DNA from: Anaerolineae bacterium
Lineage (GTDB): Bacteria > Chloroflexota > Anaerolineae > B4-G1 > DUEL01
Assembly (NCBI GenBank): GCA_016931695.1
Contig: JAFGEI010000159.1
Location: forward strand, 18,608-82,607
DNA length: 64,000 bases
Direction: 5' to 3'
How positions within the stretch are numbered: the first letter of the stretch is position 1; every line of letters starts with the position of its first letter. This document shows, one piece after another, positions 48,832 through 59,000 of the stretch. Both the position numbers and the translations under genes were made by a program. Under the pieces are notes generated by a model. It saw nothing but the letters and a program-made list of their open reading frames with translations, did not search any database and was not told where the DNA came from.

Positions 48832-49950
48832 ATGATGAGAACTGTAATTCCAGTTGAGAACAATGATGTGCTGGGCGCCGCGCGCGGTTTTCTCAAGCAG
48901 TTATTGGAAAAAGAGATCGTGGAGGCCGTCCTGGCGCCGATGGAGACGCCGTCGGGCTCTGTGACTCCTGCCCTGGTCGCGGACCCCGCGCTGCTGGACG
49001 CCGCCAACCCGTTCGCCCCGGTGATGGGGCTGAACGCGGCGCGGGTGGTTGGCCCGGTCTCGGCGCGCGAGCCGCGCGGCCGGATCGCGGCGGTCCTGCG
49101 CCCCTGCGAGATGCGGGCCCTGGTCGAGCTGGTCAAGCTGCAGCAGGCGGCGCTGGAGGATCTGGTGACTATCGTCGTCGATTGTCCTGGCACCTACCGC
49201 GTGACCGATTACGATGCCATGCGCGCGAACGGCGGCGTGAACCAGGACGACCTGCTGGCGGCAATGCAATCGGGCGAGGCGGCGCCGCGAGAGGGCTATG
49301 TCTTCCGCGACGGCTGTCAGATGTGCGAAAAGCCGCACGCCGAAGGGGCGGACATCACCTTCGAGCTGTTTGGGGCAAATCTCAGCGCGGGGATTCCCCT
49401 CTCGCTGCCCGACGAACTGGCGGAAAAGCTGGGGCTGGCACCGGCCGATGGGCCGGGCGGCCGAGCCGAGGTCGTCGAGAAGGTGGCGGCGGCGCGGCGG
49501 CAGGCGCGGGACACCCGCTTTTCCGAGATTCGCCAGCGTTTGGCGAATGAGGGGATCGCCGGGGTTTTTGCCTCTTGCATCCGCTGTCACAATTGTATGA
49601 CTACCTGCCCGATCTGCTATTGCAAAACTTGCCTCTTCAAGTCGCCCATTTTTGACCACGATCCGGCCCAGTACCTGAACTGGGCGCAGCGCAAGGGCGC
49701 CTATCGCCTGCCGGCCGATACGACGATCTTTCATCTGACGCGCTTGAACCACATGGTTCTCTCTTGTATTGGCTGTGGCGTCTGCAGCGACGCCTGCCCG
49801 GCGGACTTGCCGGTGGCGCGGGTGTTCCGCGCCGTGGGCCAGGATCTGCAGGCGCTCTTTGAGTACGAGCCTGGCCGGAGCGTCGACGATCCACTGCCGC
49901 TCATCACCTTCCGCGAGGATGAGTGGACAGGTGTCGGAGAAGAACGATAG
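48832..49950 (+). CDS. Fe-S oxidoreductase subunit, FrhB/AsrA(HydB)-like with C-terminal 2x[4Fe-4S]
   Basis: AVLRPCEMRALVEL (FrhB-like PC-motif), CIRCHNCMTTCPICYC and CIGCGVCSDACPADL. The family assignment is approximate. Confidence 0.45.
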   Translation: MMRTVIPVENNDVLGAARGFLKQLLEKEIVEAVLAPMETPSGSVTPALVADPALLDAANPFAPVMGLNAARVVGPVSAREPRGRIAAVLRPCEMRALVELVKLQQAALEDLVTIVVDCPGTYRVTDYDAMRANGGVNQDDLLAAMQSGEAAPREGYVFRDGCQMCEKPHAEGADITFELFGANLSAGIPLSLPDELAEKLGLAPADGPGGRAEVVEKVAAARRQARDTRFSEIRQRLANEGIAGVFASCIRCHNCMTTCPICYCKTCLFKSPIFDHDPAQYLNWAQRKGAYRLPADTTIFHLTRLNHMVLSCIGCGVCSDACPADLPVARVFRAVGQDLQALFEYEPGRSVDDPLPLITFREDEWTGVGEER

Positions 49951-49958
49951 GAGGATGT

Positions 49959-50660
49959 ATGGCAACTGAAACTCGAGTCGCTGACAACAAGATGATCCCG
50001 ATCTATATCATGGGGAAGCAGTATCTCGTTCCCCCCGCACTGACGATCATGAAAGCGATGGAGTATGCCGGCTACAAGCTGATCCGGGGGGTGGGCTGCC
50101 GCGGCGGGTTCTGCGGCGCGTGCGGCACTGCGTATCGCATTCAGGGCGATCCCAAGCTCTACTTTGGCCTGGCCTGCCAGACGGTGGTGCAGCCGGGAAT
50201 GTACCTGGCCCAACTGCCGTTTTTCCCCGCCCGGCGCGAGACGTATGACATCAGCCAGCTGGAGCCGACGGCGACGACGTTGTTCAGCCTGTACCCCGAA
50301 GTCCTGCGCTGCCTGGGCTGTGGCGCCTGCACCAAGGCTTGCCCGCAGGAAATTGACGTGCGCGACTATATGGCCGCGGCGATGCGCGGCGACCTGGCCA
50401 AGCTGGCGGACACGTCGTTTGACTGCATTATGTGCGGCCTCTGCGCGGCGCGATGCCCGGCAGAGGAGGCGCAGTATAACATCGCCATCCTTGCCCGGCG
50501 CCTGTACGGCCGCTATCTTGCCCCCCGCTCCGAGCATCTGGAAAGGCGGCTGGAAGAGATCGAGACGGGCAAGTTTACGGTCGACCTGGAAGAGTTAAAG
50601 GGGTTGGGTGAAGAGGAACTCAAGGTGCGGTACAAGGCGCGGGACATTGAACCCAAGTGA
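49959..50660 (+). CDS. succinate dehydrogenase/fumarate reductase iron-sulfur subunit-like protein
   Basis: 2Fe-2S-type CRGGFCGACG, then CLGCGACTKACP and CIMCGLCAARCP. ATG 49959 follows TAGGAGGA. Confidence 0.6.
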   Translation: MATETRVADNKMIPIYIMGKQYLVPPALTIMKAMEYAGYKLIRGVGCRGGFCGACGTAYRIQGDPKLYFGLACQTVVQPGMYLAQLPFFPARRETYDISQLEPTATTLFSLYPEVLRCLGCGACTKACPQEIDVRDYMAAAMRGDLAKLADTSFDCIMCGLCAARCPAEEAQYNIAILARRLYGRYLAPRSEHLERRLEEIETGKFTVDLEELKGLGEEELKVRYKARDIEPK

Positions 50661-50673
50661 GAGGAGTGGTAGA

Positions 50674-52281
50674 ATGAGTGGCTATCCGCCTGAAATGCAA
50701 GAATCGATTCGCTCTGTCGAGGCCACCCGCGCCCGGCGAGTGGGCGAGACCTTTCCCGCCATGAGTATGGAACAGCGCGAGAAAATCCTCAGCGGCTTTC
50801 ACCCGGACTATCGGGAAGAAACCTTTCACGCCGTGCGCGTCGGTGTCAGCAAGGGGCAGCGCATGCCGGTTGAGCTGGCCCGCGTGGTGGAAGCGCGACC
50901 ACACGTTGGCGCGGATTTCGACCTGAGCGCTCCGGTTGCCGAGACGGACGTGTTGGTGATCGGCGGGGGCGGCGGCGGGGCCTCGGCTGCCCTCCTGGCC
51001 CAGGAGAGCGGGGCCAGGGTCATCTTGGTGACCAAGCTCCGCTTCGGCGATGCCAACACGGTGATGGCCCAAGGCGGCATCCAGGCTGCCGACCGGCCGG
51101 AAGACAGCCCGTCGATTCACTACCTGGACGTGATTGGGGGCGGGCACTTTACCAACGTCCCCGACCTGGTCGAAGCGCTGGTTACGGATGCGCCATGTGT
51201 CATCAAGTGGCTCGAGGACCTGGGTATGATGTTTGATAAAGAGCCCGATGGCACGATGATGGAAGAGCACGGCGGCGGCACCAGCCGCAAGCGGATGCAC
51301 TCGGCGCGGGATTATTCGGGGGCCGAGATCATGCGCACGCTGCGGGACGAGGTGCGCAACCGGGAAGAGCATATTGCCGTCGTCGAGTTCTCGCCTGCCG
51401 TGGAGCTGGTGCTGGACGACCAGGGCCGGATTGCCGGGGCAGTGGTGGTGAACCTAGAGACCGGCGTGTACGGTTACATCAAGGCCAAGGCGGTGGTTTT
51501 GGCCACCGGCGGCGGCGGCCGGCTGCATTATCAGGACTTTCCCACGACCAACCACTATGGCGCGACGGCTGACGGCGTGGTCCTGGCCTATCGCGTTGGC
51601 GCACCGTTGGGCTACCTGGAATCGATGCAGTACCATCCCACTGGCGCGGCTTTTCCGGAACAAATCTTGGGCCTGCTGGTCACGGAAAAGGTGCGCGGGT
51701 TGGGGGCTCAACCGGTCAACAAACGCGGCGAGCAATTTGTCTACCCCCTGGAGCCGCGCGACGTGGAGGCGGCGGCGCTGATCCGCGAGTGTTCGGAGCG
51801 CGGCAATGGCGTCGTGACCCTGACTGGCCAGCCTGGCGTGTGGCTTGATTCGCCAATGATCGACATGATTCACGGTCCCGGCACGATTCAGCGTGCTTTG
51901 CCGGCGATGGTGCGCCAGTTTGCCCGCTTTGACATCGACATTGCCCAGGAACCGATCTTGGTCTACCCCACGCTGCACTATCAGAACGGCGGCGTGCGGC
52001 TGAAGGCTGACGCCTCGACCGACATACCGGGCCTTTTTATTGCCGGCGAGGTGAGCGGCGGAGTTCACGGGCACAACCGGTTGATGGGCAACAGCTTGCT
52101 GGAGATCACTGTCTTTGGCCGGCGAGCGGGCCGTACCGCCGCTCACTATGCCGGGCAGGTGATGCTGGCCGCGCCGAACCTGGCGCACGTCGCAGCCTGG
52201 AACCGGGAGATGGAGGCGGCCGGAATCGACACCGACGTCATCTCCCCCATCCTGCTGCCTGATTACGTTCATCGGGAATAG
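50674..52281 (+). CDS. FAD-binding flavoprotein of the succinate dehydrogenase/fumarate reductase/L-aspartate oxidase family
   Basis: DVLVIGGGGGGASAALLA, NTVMAQGGIQAA (no His at the covalent-FAD position), MQYHPTG, TEKVRGLGA, and IPGLFIAGEVSGGVHGHNRL. About 90-aa N-terminal extension. Confidence 0.7.
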   Translation: MSGYPPEMQESIRSVEATRARRVGETFPAMSMEQREKILSGFHPDYREETFHAVRVGVSKGQRMPVELARVVEARPHVGADFDLSAPVAETDVLVIGGGGGGASAALLAQESGARVILVTKLRFGDANTVMAQGGIQAADRPEDSPSIHYLDVIGGGHFTNVPDLVEALVTDAPCVIKWLEDLGMMFDKEPDGTMMEEHGGGTSRKRMHSARDYSGAEIMRTLRDEVRNREEHIAVVEFSPAVELVLDDQGRIAGAVVVNLETGVYGYIKAKAVVLATGGGGRLHYQDFPTTNHYGATADGVVLAYRVGAPLGYLESMQYHPTGAAFPEQILGLLVTEKVRGLGAQPVNKRGEQFVYPLEPRDVEAAALIRECSERGNGVVTLTGQPGVWLDSPMIDMIHGPGTIQRALPAMVRQFARFDIDIAQEPILVYPTLHYQNGGVRLKADASTDIPGLFIAGEVSGGVHGHNRLMGNSLLEITVFGRRAGRTAAHYAGQVMLAAPNLAHVAAWNREMEAAGIDTDVISPILLPDYVHRE

Positions 52282-52379
52282 GGGGAAGAGCCGGCCCGGC
52301 TAGCTGAAAGATGCGAGATCTGCCGCATTAACTGTACCCAAAAACGGGTATGGTGCTTGAGGAAATAGCGAGGGATTTT

Positions 52380-55300
52380 ATGCCATTCGGAACAAGACAA
52401 GACTCGGTGGGGAATGTGCTGGTCGTTGGCGGCGGCGTGGGGGGCATGCGGGCGGCAATGGACCTGGCCGAGGCGGGGCTAAAAGTTTACCTGATCGAAA
52501 ACCTGCCCTGGTTGGGGGGACGGGTCGCCCAGCTGGGATACATGTTCCCGACCCACGACTGCGTTCTGTGCCGCGGTTCGTCGGATCACGGCTATGGTTG
52601 CACCCGGCCGGCGATCTCTCCCGCCTTTCTCGATTTCAACCGTCATCCCAACATCGAGATCATGGCCAATACAGACCTGATCAAAGCCGAAGGGCAGGCG
52701 GGGGATTTTACCGTTACCGTCCGCCATCGCCCGACACACGTCGATAACGCGCGCTGCATCAACTGCAGCCTCTGTACGGCGGTCTGCCCGGTCGATCTAC
52801 CCAGCCCCTTTGAGGCCGGTCTGGCAGCGCGAAAGGCGGTCTACAAGATGGCCCCCCGCGCGCTGCCGGATTCCTACGTGGTCGACAAGGTGCCGCGCTG
52901 TGATACCTGCCGCCGCTGCGAATCTATCTGCCCTACCGGGGCGATTGACCTGGATGAGGAACCCTACGAAGTCGATCTGTCTGTTGGGGCAATTATCCTC
53001 TCGGTTGGCTACACCCTCTCCGATCCTGGCGAGTACGAGGAGCTGGGCTACGGTCGCTACCCGAACGTCATTCACTCTATGCAGTACGAGCGGCTCGTCA
53101 GCCGCTCCGGGCCGACGGAGGGCGTCGTTCTGCGGCCTTCGGATGGCAAGCTGCCGAAGCGTATCGCGTGGCTGCAGTGTATTGGTTCCCGCGACGAAAA
53201 GTATCCCTACTGCTCCTCCATCTGCTGCATGTACTCGACCAAAGAGGCTATCCTGGCGAAGGAGCGCATTGAGGGTGTGCATTGCCAGGTCTTTATCATG
53301 GACGAACGGGCCTTTAACAAGGAGTTTAACGCCTATTACGAGCAGGCGCGGACCCACTACGAGGTGGAGTATACGCGCTGTCGCATTCAGCAGGTGCTCC
53401 AAGACCCCAAGACCCACGATCTCATCCTGCGCTATCCTGACGAGGGCGGCGTGGTCAAGGAAGAGCGCTTTGACATCGTGGTGTTGTCCGTTGGCTCGCG
53501 CCCGCCGTCGACTGCCGAGGAGCTGGCCCAGGTGCTGGGCATCGAGCTGAATCCGTACGGCTTTTGCGAGACGGACCCCTTTGCCCCGCTACAGACCAGC
53601 GAGCCGGGCATCTATGTCTGTGGCACCTTTTCTTCGCCCAAAGAGATCGCCGAGACCATCCTCGACGCGGCTGGCGCGGCCGGCGACGTGATGCGGCTGA
53701 TGCGCCGCCACCTTGGTGCTGCCCCCTCCAGCCGCGAGCATCCCTTTCTCTGGCAACCGAACGGCATGGTTCCCGAGCGGGACGTGAGCGGAGAGCCGCT
53801 GCGGATCGGCGTCTTTCTCTGCCGCTGTCGCCCGACGCTGGACGGCATCGTCCAGGTTGACGAACTGGACCGGTTTGCCCAGGGGTTGGAGGACGTGGTG
53901 CACGTACAGCCGCTCGACTATGGCTGCTTCGAGGCGGGCCTGGAGGCAATTCGCACGGCGATTGAGGACCTGCGCCTCAACCGCGTGGTGATCGGCGCCT
54001 GCAGCCACCGCACCCACGAACCGCTCTTTCAGCGCACGGTGCGGGAAGCGGCGCTGAATCCGTACCTGCTGGAGATGGTCAACTTGCGCGAGCAGTGTGC
54101 GTGGGTTCACGTTGGCGATCCGGATCGAGCGACTCGCAAAGCGCAAGAGATGATCCGCATGGCAGTTGCGCGGGTTCGCGTCGCCCAGCCGGTACACAAG
54201 CTGGCTGTCCAAACCGAGCCCTCAGCCCTGGTCATCGGCGGGGGGGTGTCGGGGATGACCGCCGCCCTCTCTATCGCCGATGCCGGCTACAACGTCTTTT
54301 TGGTGGAGCGGGATGCAGAGCTGGGGGGCAACTTGCGTCACGTTTACTACACTGCCAGCGGGCAGAATCCGCAGCGGCTGTTGCGTGATTTGGTGAACCG
54401 GGTCATCGGGCACGAACGAGTGCAGGTCTTTACCCGCACCAAAGTCGTTTCTCACGACGGGTATGTGGGGGCGTTTCGCTCCTTGCTGCGCCGGCAGCCG
54501 CGCGACAACCAGGACCCGGTTGAGGTAGAGATTTCCCACGCGGTGACGGTCGTGGCGACGGGCGGGCAGGAATGGCGCGGCGATGTCTACCTGCTCGGTC
54601 AAGACCCGCGCGTCGTCACGACGTTGGAACTGGAAGACACCATCGCCCATCGCCCCGAACAAATTGTCGGCATGAAGCAGGCGGTCTTTATCCAGTGCGT
54701 GCGCCCGCCGAGCGAGGTCGAGTACTGCAGCCGCATCTGTTGCACCAATACCATCAAGAACGCGATCCGGATCAAGATGCTCAATCCCGACTGCCAGGTT
54801 GTGGTTCTCTACAAGGATATTATCACCTATGGCTTCCGCGAGGCGTATTATACCGAAGCCCGCCGACGGGGGGTGCTCTTTATGCGCTACGACGACGAGC
54901 ACTTGCCCGGCATTCGCCAGGAGGACGGGCAGCTGCGGCTCGTCGCCTGGGATGCGGTCCTGGGACAAGATGTCCTGTTCCAGCCCGACCTGGTGGTCCT
55001 GAGCATGGCAATCGAGCCTTCCGCGGGGATCGAGGAGCTGGCGCAGGTGTTGGGGGTGCCGCTTTCTGTCGAGGGCTTTTTTATGGAGGCCCATCTCAAG
55101 ATGCGGCCAATGGACTTTGTGAAGGAGGGGCTCTTTTTCTGCGGCATCGCCCATTACCCCAAGTTCCTGGACGAGTGTATCACCAATGCCCAGGCAACTG
55201 CCGGGCGGGCGCTCACGATTCTGACCAAGGATCGCCTCTATGTGGGCGGCGTCGTGGCCGAGGTGGACCAGTCGCTCTGTGTCGGCTGCCTGACCTGCGT

Positions 55301-55508
55301 GCGCACCTGTCCCTTTGAGATTCCCAAGGTGCGGTATTCGGACGTGGGAGTGGGCAAGATCAAGGGCGCGGCCTACATCGAGCCGGCCTTGTGCCAGGGC
55401 TGCGGGACGTGCGTGGCCGAGTGCCCGGCCAAGGCGATCCAGTTGGCGACGTATCGCGACGAGCAGATTATGGCCCAGCCGCTGGGGAGTTGGGTAAAAG
55501 ATGCGTGA
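52380..55508 (+). CDS. double-module HdrA-like flavoprotein (~1042-1052 aa)
   Basis: VLVVGGGVGGMRAAM and ALVIGGGVSGMTAAL FAD folds. AWLQCIGSRD..YCSSICCMY and VFIQCVRPPSEVEYCSRICC. Central RIGVFLCRCRPTLDG. C-terminal CVGCLTCVRTCPF / CQGCGTCVAECPA. The start is either 52380 (AGGGA upstream) or 52350. Confidence 0.8.
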   Translation: MPFGTRQDSVGNVLVVGGGVGGMRAAMDLAEAGLKVYLIENLPWLGGRVAQLGYMFPTHDCVLCRGSSDHGYGCTRPAISPAFLDFNRHPNIEIMANTDLIKAEGQAGDFTVTVRHRPTHVDNARCINCSLCTAVCPVDLPSPFEAGLAARKAVYKMAPRALPDSYVVDKVPRCDTCRRCESICPTGAIDLDEEPYEVDLSVGAIILSVGYTLSDPGEYEELGYGRYPNVIHSMQYERLVSRSGPTEGVVLRPSDGKLPKRIAWLQCIGSRDEKYPYCSSICCMYSTKEAILAKERIEGVHCQVFIMDERAFNKEFNAYYEQARTHYEVEYTRCRIQQVLQDPKTHDLILRYPDEGGVVKEERFDIVVLSVGSRPPSTAEELAQVLGIELNPYGFCETDPFAPLQTSEPGIYVCGTFSSPKEIAETILDAAGAAGDVMRLMRRHLGAAPSSREHPFLWQPNGMVPERDVSGEPLRIGVFLCRCRPTLDGIVQVDELDRFAQGLEDVVHVQPLDYGCFEAGLEAIRTAIEDLRLNRVVIGACSHRTHEPLFQRTVREAALNPYLLEMVNLREQCAWVHVGDPDRATRKAQEMIRMAVARVRVAQPVHKLAVQTEPSALVIGGGVSGMTAALSIADAGYNVFLVERDAELGGNLRHVYYTASGQNPQRLLRDLVNRVIGHERVQVFTRTKVVSHDGYVGAFRSLLRRQPRDNQDPVEVEISHAVTVVATGGQEWRGDVYLLGQDPRVVTTLELEDTIAHRPEQIVGMKQAVFIQCVRPPSEVEYCSRICCTNTIKNAIRIKMLNPDCQVVVLYKDIITYGFREAYYTEARRRGVLFMRYDDEHLPGIRQEDGQLRLVAWDAVLGQDVLFQPDLVVLSMAIEPSAGIEELAQVLGVPLSVEGFFMEAHLKMRPMDFVKEGLFFCGIAHYPKFLDECITNAQATAGRALTILTKDRLYVGGVVAEVDQSLCVGCLTCVRTCPFEIPKVRYSDVGVGKIKGAAYIEPALCQGCGTCVAECPAKAIQLATYRDEQIMAQPLGSWVKDA

Positions 55509-55968
55509 GGAGGGGAGCTTGACTGACGCAGGAAATAACGGCCAGGGGGAATTTGAGCCCGAGATCACGGCATTTACCTGTATCTACTGTGGCTACATGG
55601 CAGCAGATACCGCCGGCGCGCTGCGGCTCAAGTATCCGCCCAACGTGAAACTGGTACGCATGCCGTGCACTGGCAAGGTCGATGTGCGTTACATCTTGCA
55701 GGCCTTTGAACAGGGCGCGGACGGCGTCTATATCGTCGCTTGCCCAATTGGCAACTGTCACCATATTCATGGCAATGAGCGTGCAGTGGCGCGCGTCAAG
55801 TACACCAAAAGGCTCCTGGACGAGGTGGGGGTTGGAGGGGATCGGCTAGAGATTCTCTTTGCTTCGGGTGGAATGGGGGCGACCTTTGCTGAATCCGCTC
55901 ACGCGATGGTGGAGCGGGTCAAGCAGATAGGGCCGAATCCATTGAAGCTGGCGCCCGGAGCCGGGTAA
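55501..55968 (+). CDS. mvhD: MvhD-like protein (copy 2, all-Cys)
   Basis: PEITAFTCIYCGYMAADTAG, YPPNVKLVRMPCTGKVD, and DGVYIVACPIGNCHH. The start overlaps the upstream stop by 8 nt. Confidence 0.85.
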   Translation: MREEGSLTDAGNNGQGEFEPEITAFTCIYCGYMAADTAGALRLKYPPNVKLVRMPCTGKVDVRYILQAFEQGADGVYIVACPIGNCHHIHGNERAVARVKYTKRLLDEVGVGGDRLEILFASGGMGATFAESAHAMVERVKQIGPNPLKLAPGAG

Positions 55969-56006
55969 CTGGACGCTTCTGACTGGCCAGGAGGCTGGGG
56001 GGGGGT

Positions 56007-59000
56007 ATGAGAGACGACGTGACTCAGCAAGAAAAAGTTGTCGGTGCTGCGATGGTCGTCGGCGGCGGAATCGCCGGCATTCAGGCGTCCCTCGACCTGG
56101 CCGAGGCGGGCTTCAAGGTCTACCTGGTGGAGCTTCAGTCGGCGATTGGCGGCCACATGGCGCAGTTGGACAAGACCTTCCCCACCAACGATTGCTCGAT
56201 GTGCATCATCAGCCCCAAGCTGGTCGAGACGGGGCGCCATCGCAATGTCGAGCTGCTGGTTGACAGCGAGGTCATTGGCGTGCGGGGAGAAGCGGGGAAT
56301 TTTTCCGTTCGCCTGCGCACCAGGCCCCGCTACATCGACCTGGACAGGTGCACCGGCTGCGGCGAGTGCGCCGAGGCTTGCCCGGTAGTGATTCCAAACT
56401 ATTTTGACCAGGGGTTGGCAGACCAGCGCGCGGTGTACAAGCTCTACCCCCAGGCGGTTCCAAATGCCTACGCTATCGAAAAACTCGGCATCGCTCCTTG
56501 CCGCGATGCCTGCCCAACCGGCCAGCGCGTACAGGGTTATATCGCATTGATCCGCGAAGGACGGTATCACGATGCACTGCGCGTGATCAAGGAGGATAAT
56601 CCGTTTCCCGGTATCTGTGGACGAATCTGTAACCACCGCTGTGAGGATGCTTGCAACCGGCGCAAACTCGACGAGGCAATCAACATCCGCGCCCTGAAGC
56701 GGTTTGTCACCGACACGGTCTATGCCGAACCGCGAATGCCCCCGCAGCCGGCGGAGCGAAAATATGCCGAGCGCGTAGCCGTGATCGGCGCGGGCCCCTG
56801 TGGACTGACTGCCGCTCAAGACTTGTGTCAGCTGGGTTATGGGGTCGCTGTTTTTGAAGCGCTCCCCGTGGCTGGTGGAATGTTGCGGGTGGGTGTGCCC
56901 GAGTATCGCCTGCCAGCCTCGATTGTCGACCGGGAAGTGCAGGATATTGTCGATCTGGGGGTCGAGCTGCGGCTGAATACTTTTGTCGATAACCTGGACG
57001 ACATCTTTGACGAGGGCTTTCATGCGGTCTTGATTGCAGTTGGTGCGCACGAGGGAATTCGACCGCCTATTCCAGGGGCAGATTTAAATGGCGTTTTGAT
57101 TAACACCACCTTTTTGCGTGACGTCCGCCTGGGGAACCTGCCGTCTTTGGGCGAACGGGTGGCCGTCGTTGGGGCGGGGGACGTTGCGATGGACGTGGCG
57201 CGCACGGCTGTGCGCATGGGGGCGGAGGTTCACGTCTATTATCGCCGCACTCGCGGGGAGGCGACGGCGGGCGCGGAAGAACTGCGGCACGCAGAAGAGG
57301 AAGGCGTCAACTTTCATTTCCAGACCACTCCAATCGAGATTGTCGGCGACGAGGAGAGGTGTGTGGTGGGGATGAAGTGTGTTCGTACTGAGCAGGGGCT
57401 TGTTGACGAAACAGGCCGGAGTCGGCCTGTACAGCTGCCTGGCTCGGAGCATTTTGTTCCTTGTGACACGGTGATCTTTTCTATCGGTCAACGGGCTGGC
57501 CTGGCTTTTATCCCCGAAAGCGCCGGCGTCGGCATCACCGGCCAAGCCACGATTGCGGTCAATCCCAACACCCTGGCGGCAACCCGTTCGGGGGTCTTTG
57601 CCGCTGGAGACGCCACTACCGGTACTTCTTTTGTCATCGAAGCTGTGGCGGCGGGACATCGGGCGGCCGAGTCGATCGATCGCTATTTGCAGGGAAAAGA
57701 GATGGAGCCGCCGCCCAAGCCCCAGCTGCCGGTCGTAGAGTTGAATCGCCTCGAAATTGAGGAGCGAGTAAAGAGCGGCCAGGTTTGTGTTCAACCCCGC
57801 GTGCCAATGGACGAACTGCCGGTCGATCAGCGCTCGCAAACCTTTGAGGAAGTAGTTGCCGGTTACACTCACGAGCAGGCGCAGGCCGAGGCGGCGCGCT
57901 GCCTGGCGTGCGGCATCTGTTCCGAGTGCCTGAGCTGCGTATATGCCTGCCAGGCCGAGGCAATCGATCACGACATGGTAGAGCAGGTGCAGGACTTGAA
58001 CGTCGGGGCAATCCTCCTCGCCCCGGGCTTTGCGCCCTACGACGCCGCCCGTTCGGAGGAGTATGGCTGGGGGCGCTATGCTAACGTCGTGACCTCCCTC
58101 CAGTTCGAGCGGCTGCTCAGCGCCTCCGGCCCAACCCACGGTCACGTCAGGCGCCCGTCCGATGGGGCGACGCCGCGGCGAATTGCCTTTCTCCAGTGCG
58201 TCGGCTCGCGGGATCAAGAACACAATTATTGCTCCTCCGTCTGTTGCATGTACGCGACCAAGGAGGCGATCCTGGCCTGCGAGCACGAGCCGGATACCCG
58301 TATCTCGGTCTTTATGATGGACATGCGCTCCTTCAGCAAGGGCTATGAAGAATACTACCGCCGCGCGCGAGAGCGGTACGGCGTTCGCTACATTCGCTCG
58401 CGCGTCTCGGCGATCGTGGAGGACCCCCAGAGCAGGGATCTGCGGATTCGCTATGTCGACGAGGAGAACGCCGCCGCGCCGATCGTCGAAGAGACCTTTG
58501 ACATGGTCGTGCTGGCGGTGGGGATGGAGATTCCGGAGGCCGTGCGCGACCTGGGCCGCCGGTTGGGAATCGAGCTGGACGGCAATGGCTTTTGCCGCAC
58601 CTTGCCCTTCGCCCCGCTGCAGACCAGCCGCCCCGGCATATATGCGCTGGGCCCCTTCCGCGAGCCGAAGGATATCCCCGAATCGGTCGTGGAGGCAAGC
58701 GGGGCGGCGGGCGTGGCGGGCGCGTTGTTGGCGCCCGCCCGCTGGACGCTGGCCGATGTGCCACCCGACATTCCCGAGCGGGACGTGACGGGGGAGGAGC
58801 CGCGCATCGGCGTCTTTGTCTGTCACTGCGGTTCCAACATTGCCGGCGCGTTGGATGTACCCAAGGTGGCCGAGTACGCCGCCACACTGCCAGGAGTTGT
58901 GCATGCCGAGAGCAATCTCTACACCTGCTCCCAGGATACGGTTGCCCACATCACCGAGGTGACGCGGGAGCAGGGCCTCAACCGCGTCGTCGTCGCTTCT

